A stretch of DNA of 52,150 nt, taken from NCBI RefSeq assembly GCF_000002075.1, contig NW_004797614.1, positions 66,030 through 118,179 of the forward strand. The letters are read 5' to 3'. Shown here piece by piece: positions 25,047-39,672 of the stretch. Position numbers and translations under genes: made by a program. The notes under the pieces were generated by a model. The model was not told the DNA's origin. It did no database searches and saw only the letters and a list, made by a program, of their open reading frames with translations. This DNA comes from Aplysia californica. Lineage: Eukaryota. The first letter of the stretch is position 1; every line of letters begins with the position of its first letter.

Positions 25047-26569
25047 TTACAGAGAGTCTATGATTACCCTGAACTGCTGAAAGCGCTCACGAAGGAATTC
25101 CAGGAGATGGCAGACTGAAAGTCGGAGTCGTGGGTTGTTCTGTACAAGCCTGTAGAGCACAAACCTGTGGAGTAAGCAAAAATACTCAGATAAATAATCG
25201 GCAACATCAAGTGAAAGCAAGTATTCATATTATGGTAAATGGAAATTTCTGAATATTCTACGTAACAGACTACAAGTATGTATTTTCTTTAAAAAACCAA
25301 CATATTACTATTTTATTTTTCATTTACAAGGAATCAACAGCACTCATCTAAAAGTAAAGAAAGCTGCATTGGGTTAGGATCCAAAGTAAAGAATGTCTCG
25401 TTACCTGAAGAAGCCCAAGAGCGGCATTAGGGTTCTGTCGGATTTCACAGCGTGCAGAAGATCCTCTCCATCGCGAGGTTTTCGTTTGAAGACAAGAAAC
25501 CACAGCGTTGCTCCAAGTGCGTACGCGTCCGTCTGTAGAGAATAAGTGGAAAAAAGAGTTGGTCAATAGTGAGCAAATGGTTCCAAGCAACAGCATATTG
25601 CTGCAGTATACAAAGACCTTCAGGGAGCACACAGAAAAAAAGAAAGGGAAAATACAATTATCTACTAGTACGCAATAGTGACAAACAAGATTACACCAGA
25701 CAAACAAAGAAAGGATGTTATGCATATTATAACCCAATAACAAAAGCCACAGCGCATTTACAATTTTTAAATAAAATTACTTGTTTACAACAGAATAAAA
25801 ACATACAATAAATTTACAGCAGAAACAAAGCCACAAAAACATACCGACAGACAAACAAACAAACCAAACATCAGGACAACTTTTACACAACATTAAACTT
25901 CAACAAATCAAACACGCAAATAAACAAGCTCACTAAGTAGAAAACTCTGCAGTTACTCACCAGAAAAGGATCTACGGTGATGTCACTCTGGATCTCTGGA
26001 GCGAGATAGCCTTTTGTTCCGAGTACGTTCTTGCTGCTCACTCTGTTTTGTCCGTGTGCCAGAAGGCGGGACATTCCCAGGTCACCGAGAATAGCGTTGT
26101 TGGATTCATCCAGGAATACGTTGGCAGGCTTCACGTCCCCGTGTACAGCCCACCTGTTGTGAAGATATCTCAGTGCACAGGCCGTCTGCACGAAGCAGCG
26201 CTCTAACTGCTCCCTGTTGAGACGGTGACGCGCATCATGCAAAGATCCTCGTGAGCACAGAGGCATGCAGATAGCTACAAAGTCCTTGCACTTTACTGCC
26301 CAGTCCATCTTCATGATGTGCGGATGCGAAGCGTAGTCCATGAAACTGATTTCGTGAAAAATCTCCAGCCAACTGTCCCGGCCTTGGCAGTCTGTGAGAC
26401 GTATCTTCTTGATGGCCTTGCGAATGGAGTTGTCGTCTTCCATTGCCGCTTCCAGAACTTGAACCGGCGTGATCGTCTTCTGGCACAGAACGCGCACTTG
26501 CCTCATCTTCACGGATGACCAAAAGTCACCAGAAATGAACTTCACCAAAGGAACTGAAAAACTTTCCAT
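25047..26569 (-). CDS. Atypical protein kinase, copy 5 (284 aa)
   Basis: Exons 26569-25961, 25532-25405, 25164-25047. Confidence 0.9.
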
Positions 26570-29010
26570 ACTTGAAAATTCACGACAGATGTTGAGAAAC
26601 GATACTCAGGCACACTGAAAAAGCAACGACCTCTCACTGTAAAAGCGTTACGGTGAACTGGAGGATGTCCAGGTCTGCTGACTTTATATTCCCTGTTGCT
26701 CCTCCCTTTCCCCTATCACCGCCAATCAAAATCCTAGTAAGGTTCATGTCAAATGAAGGATTAACAAAGTGTGGATAGTTGATTATGCGTAGTTGTTATT
26801 TACATGGCTAGAGTTTTTGTAACATCGATTGTGCTGATGTCCAAGACGAATAAAGACCTATTGTTTCCTTCTCCAAGGTGTGAAACAACATCACTGGAGG
26901 GGGAAACAACGCTGAAACGGCCTTTGTTGTCCAGTATTCACAACGTCTTCGTGTTGTTGGCTGCATGTTGCAATAGCGGCCAGCGTGTCATAAGGATTCC
27001 ATTGAGCCAACTCTGCCCTGAGTATCAAAACAAATAAAAACACCCTGAAGCTACACGTGCTTACTAAAATCAACAACCTTTTGTCATCATTGAAATCCAA
27101 ACAGTGAGGGTATGAGAGAGAGAGAGAGAGCGATGTTGGACAATACAGATAATTAAGAGCAAGATAGTGTTCCGATACTATAATCTTGAGCATTAAATTC
27201 CTCACAAGAAAAGAAAATACTCACTTTAAAACTACATTTCAAGTTCCATATCTAAAAGCAGAAATCTGTAGATTCTGTGTGGGTGCGTGTGTGTATGCGT
27301 ATGCTTGAGTGTGTATGTGAGAGAATCGTGTGAGAGACGAGACTGAGAGTGGGTCTGCCTGTGAGTTTGTTTCTCTGTTTATTTTAGTGGTGAAAAAGTG
27401 AATTTCACAGAAAACGTAATGCTGGTAAAAATTAAAAAAAAAACAACCTAACTAACCAACGAAAACGAAGGACGGGCTTTTCAGAGTACGAATTGAGGGG
27501 AAAGTTTAACTAAGTAAACAGCACTTGGTGGGACTTGTTCTCCATATGATATAACAAAAACCAAACTTTTTAATCTTTACGCCGCTAAATTTTGTTGCAT
27601 TTTTTCCGTTCGATGTTGGCTCACTGAGAGAAAGTCCCTGGAGCAAATGATCTTTTAAAAAATGGGATACATGCTTTGGGCTAAAAAAAAATTAAAAAGG
27701 ATTAACTCAGCCAGGTCAGTTTTTATATTTTAAATAGTAGATGTTTCCGTGGCTAGCATTTTTCTGTGACTGATCGTGCTGTAGTCGAAAATGAATAAAA
27801 ATCTATTGTTTCCATCTCCAAGATATGAAACAACATCGTCTCAGGGTAAAAAACCCACTGAAATGGCTTTTGTTGAAGTGTTTATAACATCTGGTTGTTG
27901 GTGGCTGTATGACGCAGTAGCGGCCAGCACATCATTTGGACTCCATTGAGAGTACTCTGTTATAGCAGGTATTAAAAAAATACGCTCAAGATTCAAAAGT
28001 CTTTTGTTGACGTTGAAATCAAAACAGTGAGGTTTGGCTAGAGGGAAATCGGCAGAACAAATTAATGAGCAAGGTAATAGGCAGCTCCCAGAATTTTGAG
28101 TAAGAAATTACTTACAACTAATGAAAATTAATTACCTGGAAAACTACATTTCAGCNNNNNNNNNNNNNNNNNNNNNNNNNNNNNNNNNNNNNNNNNNNNN
28201 NNNNNNNNNNNNNNNNNNNNNNNNNNNNNNNNNNNNNNNNNNNNNNNNNNNNNNNNNNNNNNNNNNNNNNNNNNNNNNNNNNNNNNNNNNNNNNNNNNNN
28301 NNNNNNNNNNNNNNNNNNNNNNNGTTGAAAAAAGTCTGCCTGTAAGTATGCATCTGTGTCAATTTTCTGTGAGAGGCTGATAAGGAAATTTTACAGAAAA
28401 CTGAACAACAGTTAGTAACAAAAACAGAATGAAAGGTGTTTTAGAGGACAACACGAGGGAATAGCTTAATTAAGTGGAACAACAGTTAGTAACAAAAACA
28501 GAATGAAAGAAGGTTAAAGTAACCCAAACATCTTCACCCATTAATTCTTTACCTAAAAGTTTATAACCCTTGGATGCAAATGAAAGGATCCTTTTGAGTT
28601 AGGAGGAAAAAAATAATTCTGGGCCATATGGTTTGTGGCATTCCTCAATCTCCAACAGTCTACGTCTGCACAATACTGTGAACTTGATCCATTCCGTGGT
28701 TTTCCGATGTCGTATCTGTGGGTACATAGCGCTGCTGTTGAGAGCTTGGTTGTGTGGCACAATACATGTTTGTCCTGTGAACCTTTCTGCATTTATGTAT
28801 TTTGATTGGGCGACGGGCATTCTAACCTTCCTACCTATTGGAGTTGAAATAATCCTTACCGTGTGATTTGGAGTGGTATTTGCACAACGCTACACTTCGA
28901 GCAGGAAACAAAAACATGTCTTAGTAATGAGATGCTATACAGACTTCTGAATGGAGTTACAAAACATACCGATGAAATAAAACTACTTTGTTTTTTTATG
29001 TTGGCATCAT

Positions 29011-29088
29011 CGCCTTTTCCCTCTCAGTTTCCACGGGCTTGGGACCGTCTCAGGGTACACTGTACACCGAGGCCTGATTAAAAAGACG
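29011..29088 (-). ncRNA. Twister ribozyme (type P1), copy 6
   Basis: Identical to copy 1. Confidence 0.9.
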
Positions 29089-29915
29089 GCGCTACCGAGC
29101 GCTCACGTCTGGGGTATGTTAGTTGTTAGTCAGTTTAAGAATGTTAGTGTTATGGGTTGGGTCAGTCAACAAATTGGATGTTAGAAATTAGTACATTTTG
29201 CTAATTAAAGTAAGTTATAGCTACAGTTTGCATTCTAGTGATTTAACGATTGAGTAGTTGTTATTGAAACAGCTGAAAAAAGACAAAACAAAGTAGCCGA
29301 TTAAACCAAGCGCTGCCCCCACAGTGGCTGGAATAATTTCGGCTCGTTAGTAACACATTAATGAAAACACAGAAATGCACGTACGAGACAAGACATTTCA
29401 GAGTTAGATAAAATGGAAACTTTTTAGTTACTGTGAGACAACTATGTTAGTAAAGTAAAATAGAGAAAATGCTGTGTCCACTTCGTAGGTAGCAGATCCT
29501 CCCTCAGCGGTAGTGAGGGTAACAACTCACCAGCAACATGTGTAAAGTCCTCGTCAACTCCCCATTACTCACATGATGACTTCAGCTTGTGATGTACAGG
29601 CCCTGAGCTTGCCTTGGTGTGTCCAAGACACTTGCTTCCTGCCTCATTGAGTTTTCTGTTGGTTAAGACAAACACGAGTGCAAAATATGTGTCGTTGGGT
29701 GGACAAATTTGTAAGTAAACTAAAAGTTAAAGTAGTGTAGTACATTTCAAAAACCAAAATAGCAATTCAATTCAATTATTAGGTGAATTAGGTAAACGGA
29801 AATGGGTGAAATATAAGAAAACTAGAAACAACTTCAACACCATATTTTGTTAGAAAGTGCTAAAATGAAGAAAGAAAAGAGGAAAAAAAGTATGCAAATA
29901 CAGCACTTGCACTCG

Positions 29916-31431
29916 TTACAGAGAGTCTATGATTACCCTGAACTGCTGAAAACGCTCACAAAGGAATTCCAGGAGATGGCAGACTGAAAGTCGGAGTCGT
30001 GGGTTGTTCTGTACAAGCCTGTAGAGCACAAACCTGTGGAGTAAGCAAAAATACTCAGATAAATAATCGGCAACATCAAGTGAAAGCAAGTATTCATATT
30101 ATGGTAAATGGAAATTTCTGAATATTCTACGTAACAGACTACAAGTATGTATTTTCTTTAAAAAACCAACATATTACTATTTTATTTTTCATTTACAAGG
30201 AATCAACAGCACTCATCTAAAAGTAAAGAAAGCTGCATTGGGTTAGGATCCAAAGTAAAGAATGTCTCGTTACCTGAAGAAGCCCAAGAGCGGCATTAGG
30301 GTTCTGTCGGATTTCACAGCGTGCAGAAGATCCTCTCCATCGCGAGGTTTTCGTTTGAAGACAAGAAACCACAGCGTTGCTCCAAGTGCGTACGCGTCCG
30401 TCTGTAGAGAATAAGTGGAAAAAAGAGTTGGTCAATAGTGAGCAAATGGTTCCAAGCAACAGCATATTGCTGCAGTATACAAAGACCTTCAGGGAGCACA
30501 CAGAAAAAAAGAAAGGGAAAATACAATTATCTACTAGTACGCAATAGTGACAAACAAGATTACACCAGACAAACAAAGAAAGGATGTTATGCATATTATA
30601 ACCCAAAAACAAAAGCCACAGCGCATTTACAATTTTTAAATAAAATTACTTGTTTACAACAGAATAAAAACATACAATAAATTTACAGCAGAAACAAAGC
30701 CACAAAAACATACCGACAGACAAACAAACAAACCAAACATCAGGACAACTTTTACACAACATTAAACTTCAACAAATCAAACACGCAAATAAACAAGCTC
30801 ACTAAGTAGAAAACTCTGCAGTTACTCACCAGAAAAGGATCTACGGTGATGTCACTCTGGATCTCTGGAGCGAGATAGCCTTTTGTTCCGAGTACGTTCT
30901 TGCTGCTCACTCTGTTTTGTCCGTGTGCCAGAAGGCGGGACATTCCCAGGTCACCGAGAATAGCGTTGTTGGATTCATCCAGGAATACGTTGGCAGGCTT
31001 CACGTCCCCGTGTACAGCCCACCTGTTGTGAAGATATCTCAGTGCACAGGCGGTCTGCACGAAGCAGCGCTCTAACTGCTCCCTGTTGAGACGGTGACGC
31101 GCATCATGCAAAGATCCTCGTGAGCACAGAGGCATGCAGATAGCTACAAAGTCCTTGCACTTTACTGCCCAGTCCATCTTCATGATGTGCGGATGCGAAG
31201 CGTAGTCCATGAAACTGATTTCGTGAAAAATCTCCAGCCAACTGTCCCGGCCTTGGCAGTCTGTGAGACGTATCTTCTTGATGGCCTTGCGAATGGAGTT
31301 GTCGTCTTCCATTGCCGCTTCCAGAACTTGAACCGGCGTGATCGTCTTCTGGCACAGAACGCGCACTTGCCTCATCTTCACCAAAAGTCACCAGAAATGA
31401 ACTTCACCAAAGGAACTGAAAAACTTTCCAT
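29916..31431 (-). pseudogene. Atypical protein kinase, copy 6, with a 7-bp frameshift deletion near the start (pseudogene or N-truncated form from Met22)
   Basis: Plus-strand CGGATGA is missing at ~31381, so the ATG at 31431 gives MESFSVPLVKFISGDFW-TGA. The downstream ATG at 31375 is in the kinase frame. Exons end at 30830, then 30401-30274 and 30033-29916. Confidence 0.8.
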
Positions 31432-33849
31432 ACTTGAAAATTCACGACAGATGTTGAGAAACGATACTCAGGCACACTGAAAAAGCAACGACCTCTCACT
31501 GTAAAAGCGTTACGGTGAACTGGAGGATGTCCAGGTCGGCTGACTTTATATTCCCTGTTGCTCCTCCCTTTCCCCTATCACCGCCAATCAAAATCCTAGT
31601 AAGGTTCATGTCAAATGAAGGATTAACAAAGTGTGGATAGTTGATTATGCGTAGTTGTTATTTACATGGCTAGAGTTTTTGTAACACCGACCGTGCTGTT
31701 GTCCAAGACGAATAAAGACCTATTGTTTCCTTCTCCAAGGTGTGAAACAACATCACTGGAGGGTGAAACAACGCTGAAACGGCCTTTGTTGTCCAGTATT
31801 CACAACGTCTTCGTGTTGTTGGCTGCACGTTGCAATAGCGGCCAGCGTGTCATAAGGATTCCATTGAGCCAACTCTGCCCTGAGTATCAAAACAAATAAA
31901 AACACCCTGAAGCTACACGTGCTTACTAAAATCAACAACCTTTTGTCATCATTGAAATCCAAACAGTGAGGGTATGAGAGAGAGAGAGCGATGTTGGACA
32001 ATACAGATAATTAAGAGCAAGATAGTGTTCCGATACTATAATCTTGAGCATTAAATTCCTCACAAGAAAAGAAAATACTCACTTTAAAACTACATTTCAA
32101 GTTCCATATCTAAAAGCAGAAATCTGTAGATTCTGTGTGGGTGCGTGTGTGTATGCGTATGCTTGAGTGTGTATGTGAGAGAATCGTGTGAGAGACGAGA
32201 CTGAGAGTGGGTCTGCCTGTGAGTTTGTTTCTCTGTTTATTTTAGTGGTGAAAAAGTGAATTTCACAGAAAACGTAATGCTGATAAAAATTTAAAAAAAC
32301 AACAACCTAACTAACCAACGAAAACGAAGGACGGGCTTTTCAGAGTACGAATTGAGGGGAAAGTTTAACTAAGTAAACAGCACTTGGTGGGACTTGTTCT
32401 CCATATGATATAACAAAAACCAAACTTTTTAATCTTTACGCCGCTAAATTTTGTTACATTTTTTTCCGTTCGATGTTGGCTCACTGAGAGAAAGTCCCTG
32501 GAGCAAATGATCTTTTAAAAAATGGGATACATGCTTTGGGCTAAAAAAAATTTTAAAAGGATTAACTCAGCCAGGTCAGTTTTTTATATTTAAAATAGTA
32601 GATGTTTCCGTGGCTAGCATTTTTCTGTGACTGATCGTGCTGTAGTCGAAAATGAATAAAGATCTATTGTTTCCATCTCCAAGATATGAAACAACATCGT
32701 CTCAGGGTAAAAAACCCACTGAAATGGCTTTTGTTGAAGTGTTTATAACATCTGGTTGTTGGTGGCTGTATGACGCAGTAGCGGCCAGCACATCATTTGG
32801 ACTCCATTGAGAGTACTCTGTTATAGCAGGTATTAAAAAAATACGCTCAAGATTCAAGTCTTTTGTTGACGTTGAAATCAAAACAGTGAGGTTTGGCTAG
32901 AGGGAAATCGGCAGAACAAATTAATGAGCAAAGTAATAGGCAGCTCCCAGAATTTTGAGTAAGAAATTACTTACAACTAATGAAAATTAATTACTTGGAA
33001 AACTACATTTCAGCTCCATGACAAAAAGGATAGAATTCTTGATNNNNNNNNNNNNNNNNNNNNNNNNNNNNNNNNNNNNNNNNNNNNNNNNNNNNNNNNN
33101 NNNNNNNNNNNNNNNNNNNNNNNNNNNNNNNNNNNNNNNNNNNNNNNNNNNNNNNNNNNNNNNNNNNNNNNNNNNNNNNNNNNNNNNNTGGGAGATGTCG
33201 TTTGAAAGTTGAAAAAAGTCTGTATCAATTTTCTGTGAGCGGCTGAACAACAGTTAGTAACAAAAACAGAATGAAAGGTGTTTTAGAGGACAGAATGAAA
33301 GGTGTTTTAGAGGACAACACGAGGGAATAGCTTAATTAAGTGATCAAGGGAACTGCACATCGCGTGACTTGTTCACCCATTAATTCTTGACCTAAAAGTT
33401 TATAACCTTTGGATGCAAATGAAAGGATCCTTTTGAGTTAGGAGGGAAAAAATAATTCTGGGCCATATGGTTTGTGACATTCCTCAATCTCCAACAGTCT
33501 ACGTCTGCACAATACTGTGAACTTGATCCATTCCGTGGTTTTCCGATGTCTTATCTGTGGGTACATGGCGCTGCTGTTGAGAGCTTGGTTGTGTGGCACA
33601 ACACATGTTTGTCGTGTGAACCTTTCTGCATTTCTGCATTTTGATTGGGCGACGGGCATTCTAACCTTCCTACCTATTGGAGTTGAAATAATCCTTACCG
33701 TGTGATTTGGAGTGGTATTTGCACAACGCTACACTTCGAGCAGGAAACAAAAACATGTATTAGTAATGAGATGCTATACAGACTTCTGAATGGAGTTACA
33801 AAACATACCGATGAAATAAAACTACTTTGTTTTTTTATTTTGGCATCAT

Positions 33850-33927
33850 CGCCTTTTCCCTCTCAGTTTCCACGGGCTTGGGACCGTCTCAGGGTACACT
33901 GTACACCGAGGCCTAATTAAAAAGACG
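33850..33927 (-). ncRNA. Twister ribozyme (type P1), copy 7 (one C>U change in P2)
   Basis: Plus-strand G>A at 33915 turns a P2 C-G pair into a U-G wobble; otherwise identical. Confidence 0.88.
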
Positions 33928-34749
33928 GCGCTACCGAGCGCTCACGTCTGGGGTATGTTAGTGGTTAGTCAGTTTAAGAATGTTAGTGTTATGGGTTGGG
34001 TCAGTCAACAAATTGGATGTTAGAAATTAGTATATTTTGCTAATTAAAGTAAGTTATAGCTACAGTTTGCATTCTAGTGATTTAACGATTGAGTAGTTGT
34101 TATTGAAACAGCTGAAAAAAAAAAAGTAGCCGATTAAACCAAGCGCTGCCCCCACAGTGGCTGGAATAATTTCGGCTCGTTAGTAACACATTAATGAAAA
34201 CACAGAATTGCAAGTACGAGACAAGACATTTCAGAGTTAGATAAAAATGGAAACTTTTTAGTTACTGTGAGACAACTATGTTAGTAAAGTAAAATAGAGA
34301 AAATGCTGTGTCCACTTCGTAGGTAGCAGGTCCCCCCTCAGCGGTAGTGAGGGTAACAACTCACCAGCAACATGTGTAAAGTCCTCGTCAACTCCCCATT
34401 ACTCACATGATGACTTCAGCTGGTGATGTACAGGCCCTGAGCTTGCCTTGGTGTGTCCAAGACACCTGCTTCCTGCCTCATTGAGTTTTCTGTTGGTTAA
34501 GACAAACACGAGTGCAAAATATGTGTCGTTGGGTGGACAAATTTGTAAGTAAACTAAAAGTTAAAGTAGTGTAGTACATTTCAAAAACCAAAATAGCAAT
34601 TCAATTCAATTATTAGGTGAATTAGGTAAACGGAAATGGGTGAAATATAAGAAAACTAGAAACAACTTCAACACCATATTTTGTTAGAAAGTGCTAAAAT
34701 GAAGAAAGAAAAGAGGAAAAAAAGTATGCAAATACAGCACTTGCACTCG

Positions 34750-36272
34750 TTACAGAGAGTCTATGATTACCCTGAACTGCTGAAAGCGCTCACGAAGGAA
34801 TTCCAGGAGATGGCAGACTGAAAGTCGGAGTCGTGGGTTGTTCTGTACAAGCCTGTAGAGCACAAACCTGTGGAGTAAGCAAAAATACTCAGATAAATAA
34901 TCGGCAACATCAAGTGAAAGCAAGTATTCATATTATGGTAAATGGAAATTTCTGAATATTCTACGTAACAGACTACAAGTATGTATTTTCTTTAAAAAAC
35001 CAACATATTACTATTTTATTTTTCATTTACAAGGAATCAACAGCACTCATCTAAAAGTAAAGAAAGCTGCATTGGGTTAGGATCAAAAGTAAAGAATGTC
35101 TCGTTACCTGAAGAAGCCCAAGAGCGGCATTAGGGTTCTGTCGGATTTCACAGCGTGCAGAAGATCCTCTCCATCGCGAGGTTTTCGTTTGAAGACAAGA
35201 AACCACAGCGTTGCTCCAAGTGCGTACGCGTCCGTCTGTAGAGAATAAGTGGAAAAAAGAGTTGGTCAATAGTGAGCAAATGGTTCCAAGCAACAGCATA
35301 TTGCTGCAGTATACAAAGACCTTCAGGGAGCACACAGAAAAAAAGAAAGGGAAAATACAATTATCTACTAGTACGCAATAGTGACAAACAAGATTACACC
35401 AGACAAACAAAGAAAGGATGTTATGCATATTATAACCCAATAACAAAAGCCACAGCGCATTTACAATTTTAAAATAAAATTACTTGTTTACAACAGAATA
35501 AAAACATACAATAAATTTACAGCAGAAACAAAGCCACAAAAACATACCGACAGACAAACAAACAAACCAAACATCAGGACAACTTTTACACAACATTAAA
35601 CTTAAACAAATCAAACACGCAAATAAACAAGCTCACTAAGTAGAAAACTCTGCAGTTACTCACCAGAAAAGGATCTACGGTGATGTCAGTCTGGATCTCT
35701 GGAGCGAGATAGCCTTTTGTTCCGAGTACGTTCTTGCTGCTCACTCTGTTTTGTCCGTGTGCCAGAAGGCGGGACATTCCCAGGTCACCGAGAATAGCGT
35801 TGTTGGATTCATCCAGGAATACGTTGGCAGGCTTCACGTCCCCGTGTACAGCCCACCTGTTGTGAAGATATCTCAGTGCACAGGCGGTCTGCACGAAGCA
35901 GCGCTCTAACTGCTCCCTGTTGAGACGGTGACGCGCATCATGCAAAGATCCTCGTGAGCACAGAGGCATGCAGATAGCTACAAAGTCCTTGCACTTTACT
36001 GCCCAGTCCATCTTCATGATGTGCGGATGCGAAGCGTAGTCCATGAAACTGATTTCGTGAAAAATCTCCAGCCAACTGTCCCGGCCTTGGCAGTCTGTGA
36101 GACGTATCTTCTTGATGGCCTTGCGAATGGAGTTGTCGTCTTCCATTGCCGCTTCCAGAACTTGAACCGGCGTGATCGTCTTCTGGCACAGAACGCGCAC
36201 TTGCCTCATCTTCACGGATGACCAAAAGTCACCAGAAATGAACTTCACCAAAGGAACTGAAAAACTTTCCAT
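34750..36272 (-). CDS. Atypical protein kinase, copy 7 (284 aa)
   Basis: Exons 36272-35664, 35235-35108, 34867-34750. Confidence 0.9.
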
Positions 36273-38767
36273 ACTTGAAAATTCACGACAGATGTTGAGA
36301 AACGATACTCAGGCACACTGAAAAAGCAACGACCTCTCACTGTAAAAGCGTTACGGTGAACTGGAGGATGTCCAGGTCTGCTGACTTTATATTCCCTGTT
36401 GCTCCTCCCTTTCCCCTATCACCGCCAATCAAAATCCTAGTAAGGTTCATGTCAAATGAAGGATTAACAAAGTGTGGCTAGTTGATTATGCGTAGTTGTT
36501 ATTTACATGGCTAGAGTTTTTGTAACATCCATTGTGCTGATGTCCAAGACGAATAAAGACCTATTGTTTCCTTCTCCAAGGTGTGAAACAACATCACTGG
36601 AGGGGGAAACAACGCTGAAACGGCCTTTGTTGTCCAGTATTCACAACGTCTTCGTGTTGTTGGCTGCATGTTGCAATAGCGGCCAGCGTGTCATAAGGAT
36701 TCCATTGAGCCAACTCTGCCATGAGTATCAAAACAAATAAAAACACCCTGAAGCTACACGTGCTTACTAAAATCAACAACCTTTTGTCATCATTGAAATC
36801 CAAACAGTGAGGGTATGAGAGAGAGAGAGAGCGATGTTGGACAATACAGATAATTAAGAGCAAGATAGTGTTCCGATACTATAATCTTGAGCATTAAATT
36901 CCTCACAAGAAAAGAAAATACTCACTTTAAAACTACATTTCAAGTTCCATATCTAAAAGCAGAAATCTGTAGATTCTGAAATCTGTAGATTCTGTGTGGG
37001 TGCGTGTGTGTATGCGTATGCTTGAGTGTGTATGTGAGAGAATCGTGTGAGAGACGAGACTGAGAGTGGGTCTGCCTGTGAGTTTGTTTCTCTGTTTATT
37101 TTAGTGGTGAAAAAGTGAATTTCACAGAAAACGTAATGCTGGTAAAAATTAAAAAAAAAACAACCTAACTAACCAACGAAAACGAAGGACGGGCTTTTCA
37201 GAGTACGAATTGAGGGGAAAGTTTAACTAAGTAAACAGCACTTGGTGGGACTTGTTCTCCATATGATATAACAAAAACCAAACCTTTTAATCTTTACGCC
37301 GCTAAATTTTGTTGCATTTTTTTCCGTTCGATGTTGGCTCACTGAGAGAAAGTCCCTGGAGCAAATGATCTTTTAAAAAATGGGATACATGCTTTGGGCT
37401 AAAAAAAAATTAAAAAGGATTAACTCAGCCAGGTCAGTTTTTATATTTTAAATAGTAGATGTTTCCGTGGCTAGCATTTTTCTGTGACTGATCGTGCTGT
37501 AGTCGAAAATGAATAAAGATCTATTGTTTCCATCTCCAAGATATGAAACAACATCGTCTCAGGGTAAAAAACCCACTGAAATGGCTTTTGTTGAAGTGTT
37601 TATAACATCTGGTTGTTGGTGGCTGTATGACGCAGTAGCGGCCAGCACATCATTTGGACTCCATTGAGAGTACTCTGTTATAGCAGGTATTAAAAAAATA
37701 CGCTCAAGATTCAAAAGTCTTTTGTTGACGTTGAAATCAAAACAGTGAGGTTTGGCTAGAGGGAAATCGGCAGAACAAATTAATGAGCAAGGTAATAGGC
37801 AGCTCTGAGCAAGGTAATAGGCAGCTCCCAGAATTTTGAGTAAGAAATTACTTACAACTAATGAAAATTAATTACCTGGAAAACTACATTTCAGCTCCAT
37901 GACAAAAAGTATAGAATTCTTGATNNNNNNNNNNNNNNNNNNNNNNNNNNNNNNNNNNNNNNNNNNNNNNNNNNNNNNNNNNNNNNNNNNNNNNNNNNNN
38001 NNNNNNNNNNNNNNNNNNNNNNNNNNNNNNNNNNNNNNNNNNNNNNNNNNNNNNNNNNNNTGGGAGATGTCGTTTGAAAGTTGAAAAAAGTCTGCCTGTA
38101 AGTATGCATCTGTGTCAATTTTCTGTGAGAGGCTGATAAGGAAATTTTACAGAAAACTGAACAACAGTTAGTAACAAAAACAGAATGAAAGGTGTTTTAG
38201 AGGACAACACGAGGGAATAGCTTAATTAAGTGATCAAGGGAACTGCACATCGCGTGACTTGTTCTCAAGGTTAAAGTAACCCAAACATCTTCACCCATTA
38301 ATTCTTGACCTAAAAGTTTATAACCTTTGGATGCAAATGAAAGGATCCTTTTGAGTTAGGAGGAAAAAAATAATTCTGGGCCATATGGTTTGTGACATTC
38401 CTCAATCTCCAACAGTCTACGTCTGCACGATACTGTGAACTTGATCCATTCCGTGGTTTTCCGATGTCTTATCTGTGGGTACATAGCGCTGCTGTTGAGA
38501 GCTTGGTTGTGTGGCACAACACATGTTTGTCCTGTGAACCTTTCTGCATTTATGTATTTTGATTGGGCGACGGGCATTCTAACCTTCCAACCTATTGGAG
38601 TTGAAATAATCCTTACCGTGTGATTTGGAGTGGTATTTGCACAACGCTACACTTCGAGCAGGAAACAAAAACATGTCTTAGTAATGAGATGCTATACAGA
38701 CTTCTGAATGGAGTTACAAAACATACCGATGAAATAAAACTACTTTGTTTTTTTATGTTGGCATCAT

Positions 38768-38845
38768 CGCCTTTTCCCTCTCAGTTTCCACGGGCTTGGG
38801 ACCGTCTCAGGGTACACTGTACACCGAGGCCTGATTAAAAAGACG
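38768..38845 (-). ncRNA. Twister ribozyme (type P1), copy 8
   Basis: Identical to copy 1. Confidence 0.9.
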
Positions 38846-39672
38846 GCGCTACCGAGCGCTCACGTCTGGGGTATGTTAGTTGTTAGTCAGTTTAAGAATG
38901 TTAGTGTTATGGGTTGGGTCAGTCAACAAATTGGATGTTAGAAATTAGTACATTTTGCTAATTAAAGTAAGTTATAGCTACAGTTTGCATTCTAGTGATT
39001 TAACGATTGAGTAGTTGTTATTGAAACAGCTGAAAAAAGACAAAACAAAGTAGCCGATTAAAACAAGCGCTGCCCCCACAGTTGCTGGAATAATTTCGGC
39101 TCGTTAGTAACACATTAATGAAAACACAGAAATGCACGTACGAGACAAGACATTTCAGAGTTAGATAAAATGGAAACTTTTTAGTTACTGTGAGACAACT
39201 ATGTTAGTAAAGTAAAATAGAGAAAATGCTGTGTCCACTTCGTAGGTAGCAGGTCCCCCCTCAGCGGTAGTGAGGGTAACAACTCACCAGCAACATGTGT
39301 AAAGTCCTCGTCAACTCCCCATTACTCACATGATGACTTCAGCTGGTGATGTACAGGCCCTGAGCTTGCCTTGGTGTGTCCAAGACACCTGCTTCCTGCC
39401 TCATTGAGTTTTCTGTTGGTTAAGACAAACACGAGTGCAAAATATGTGTCGTTGGGTGGACAAATTTGTAAGTAAACTAAAAGTTAAAGTAGTGTAGTAC
39501 ATTTCAAAAACCAAAATAGCAATTCAATTCAATTATTAGGTGAATTAGGTAAACGGAAATGGGTGAAATATAAGAAAACTAGAAACAACTTCAACACCAT
39601 ATTTTGTTAGAAAGTGCTAAAATGAAGAAAGAAAAGAGGAAAAAAAGTATGCAAATACAGCACTTGCACTCG

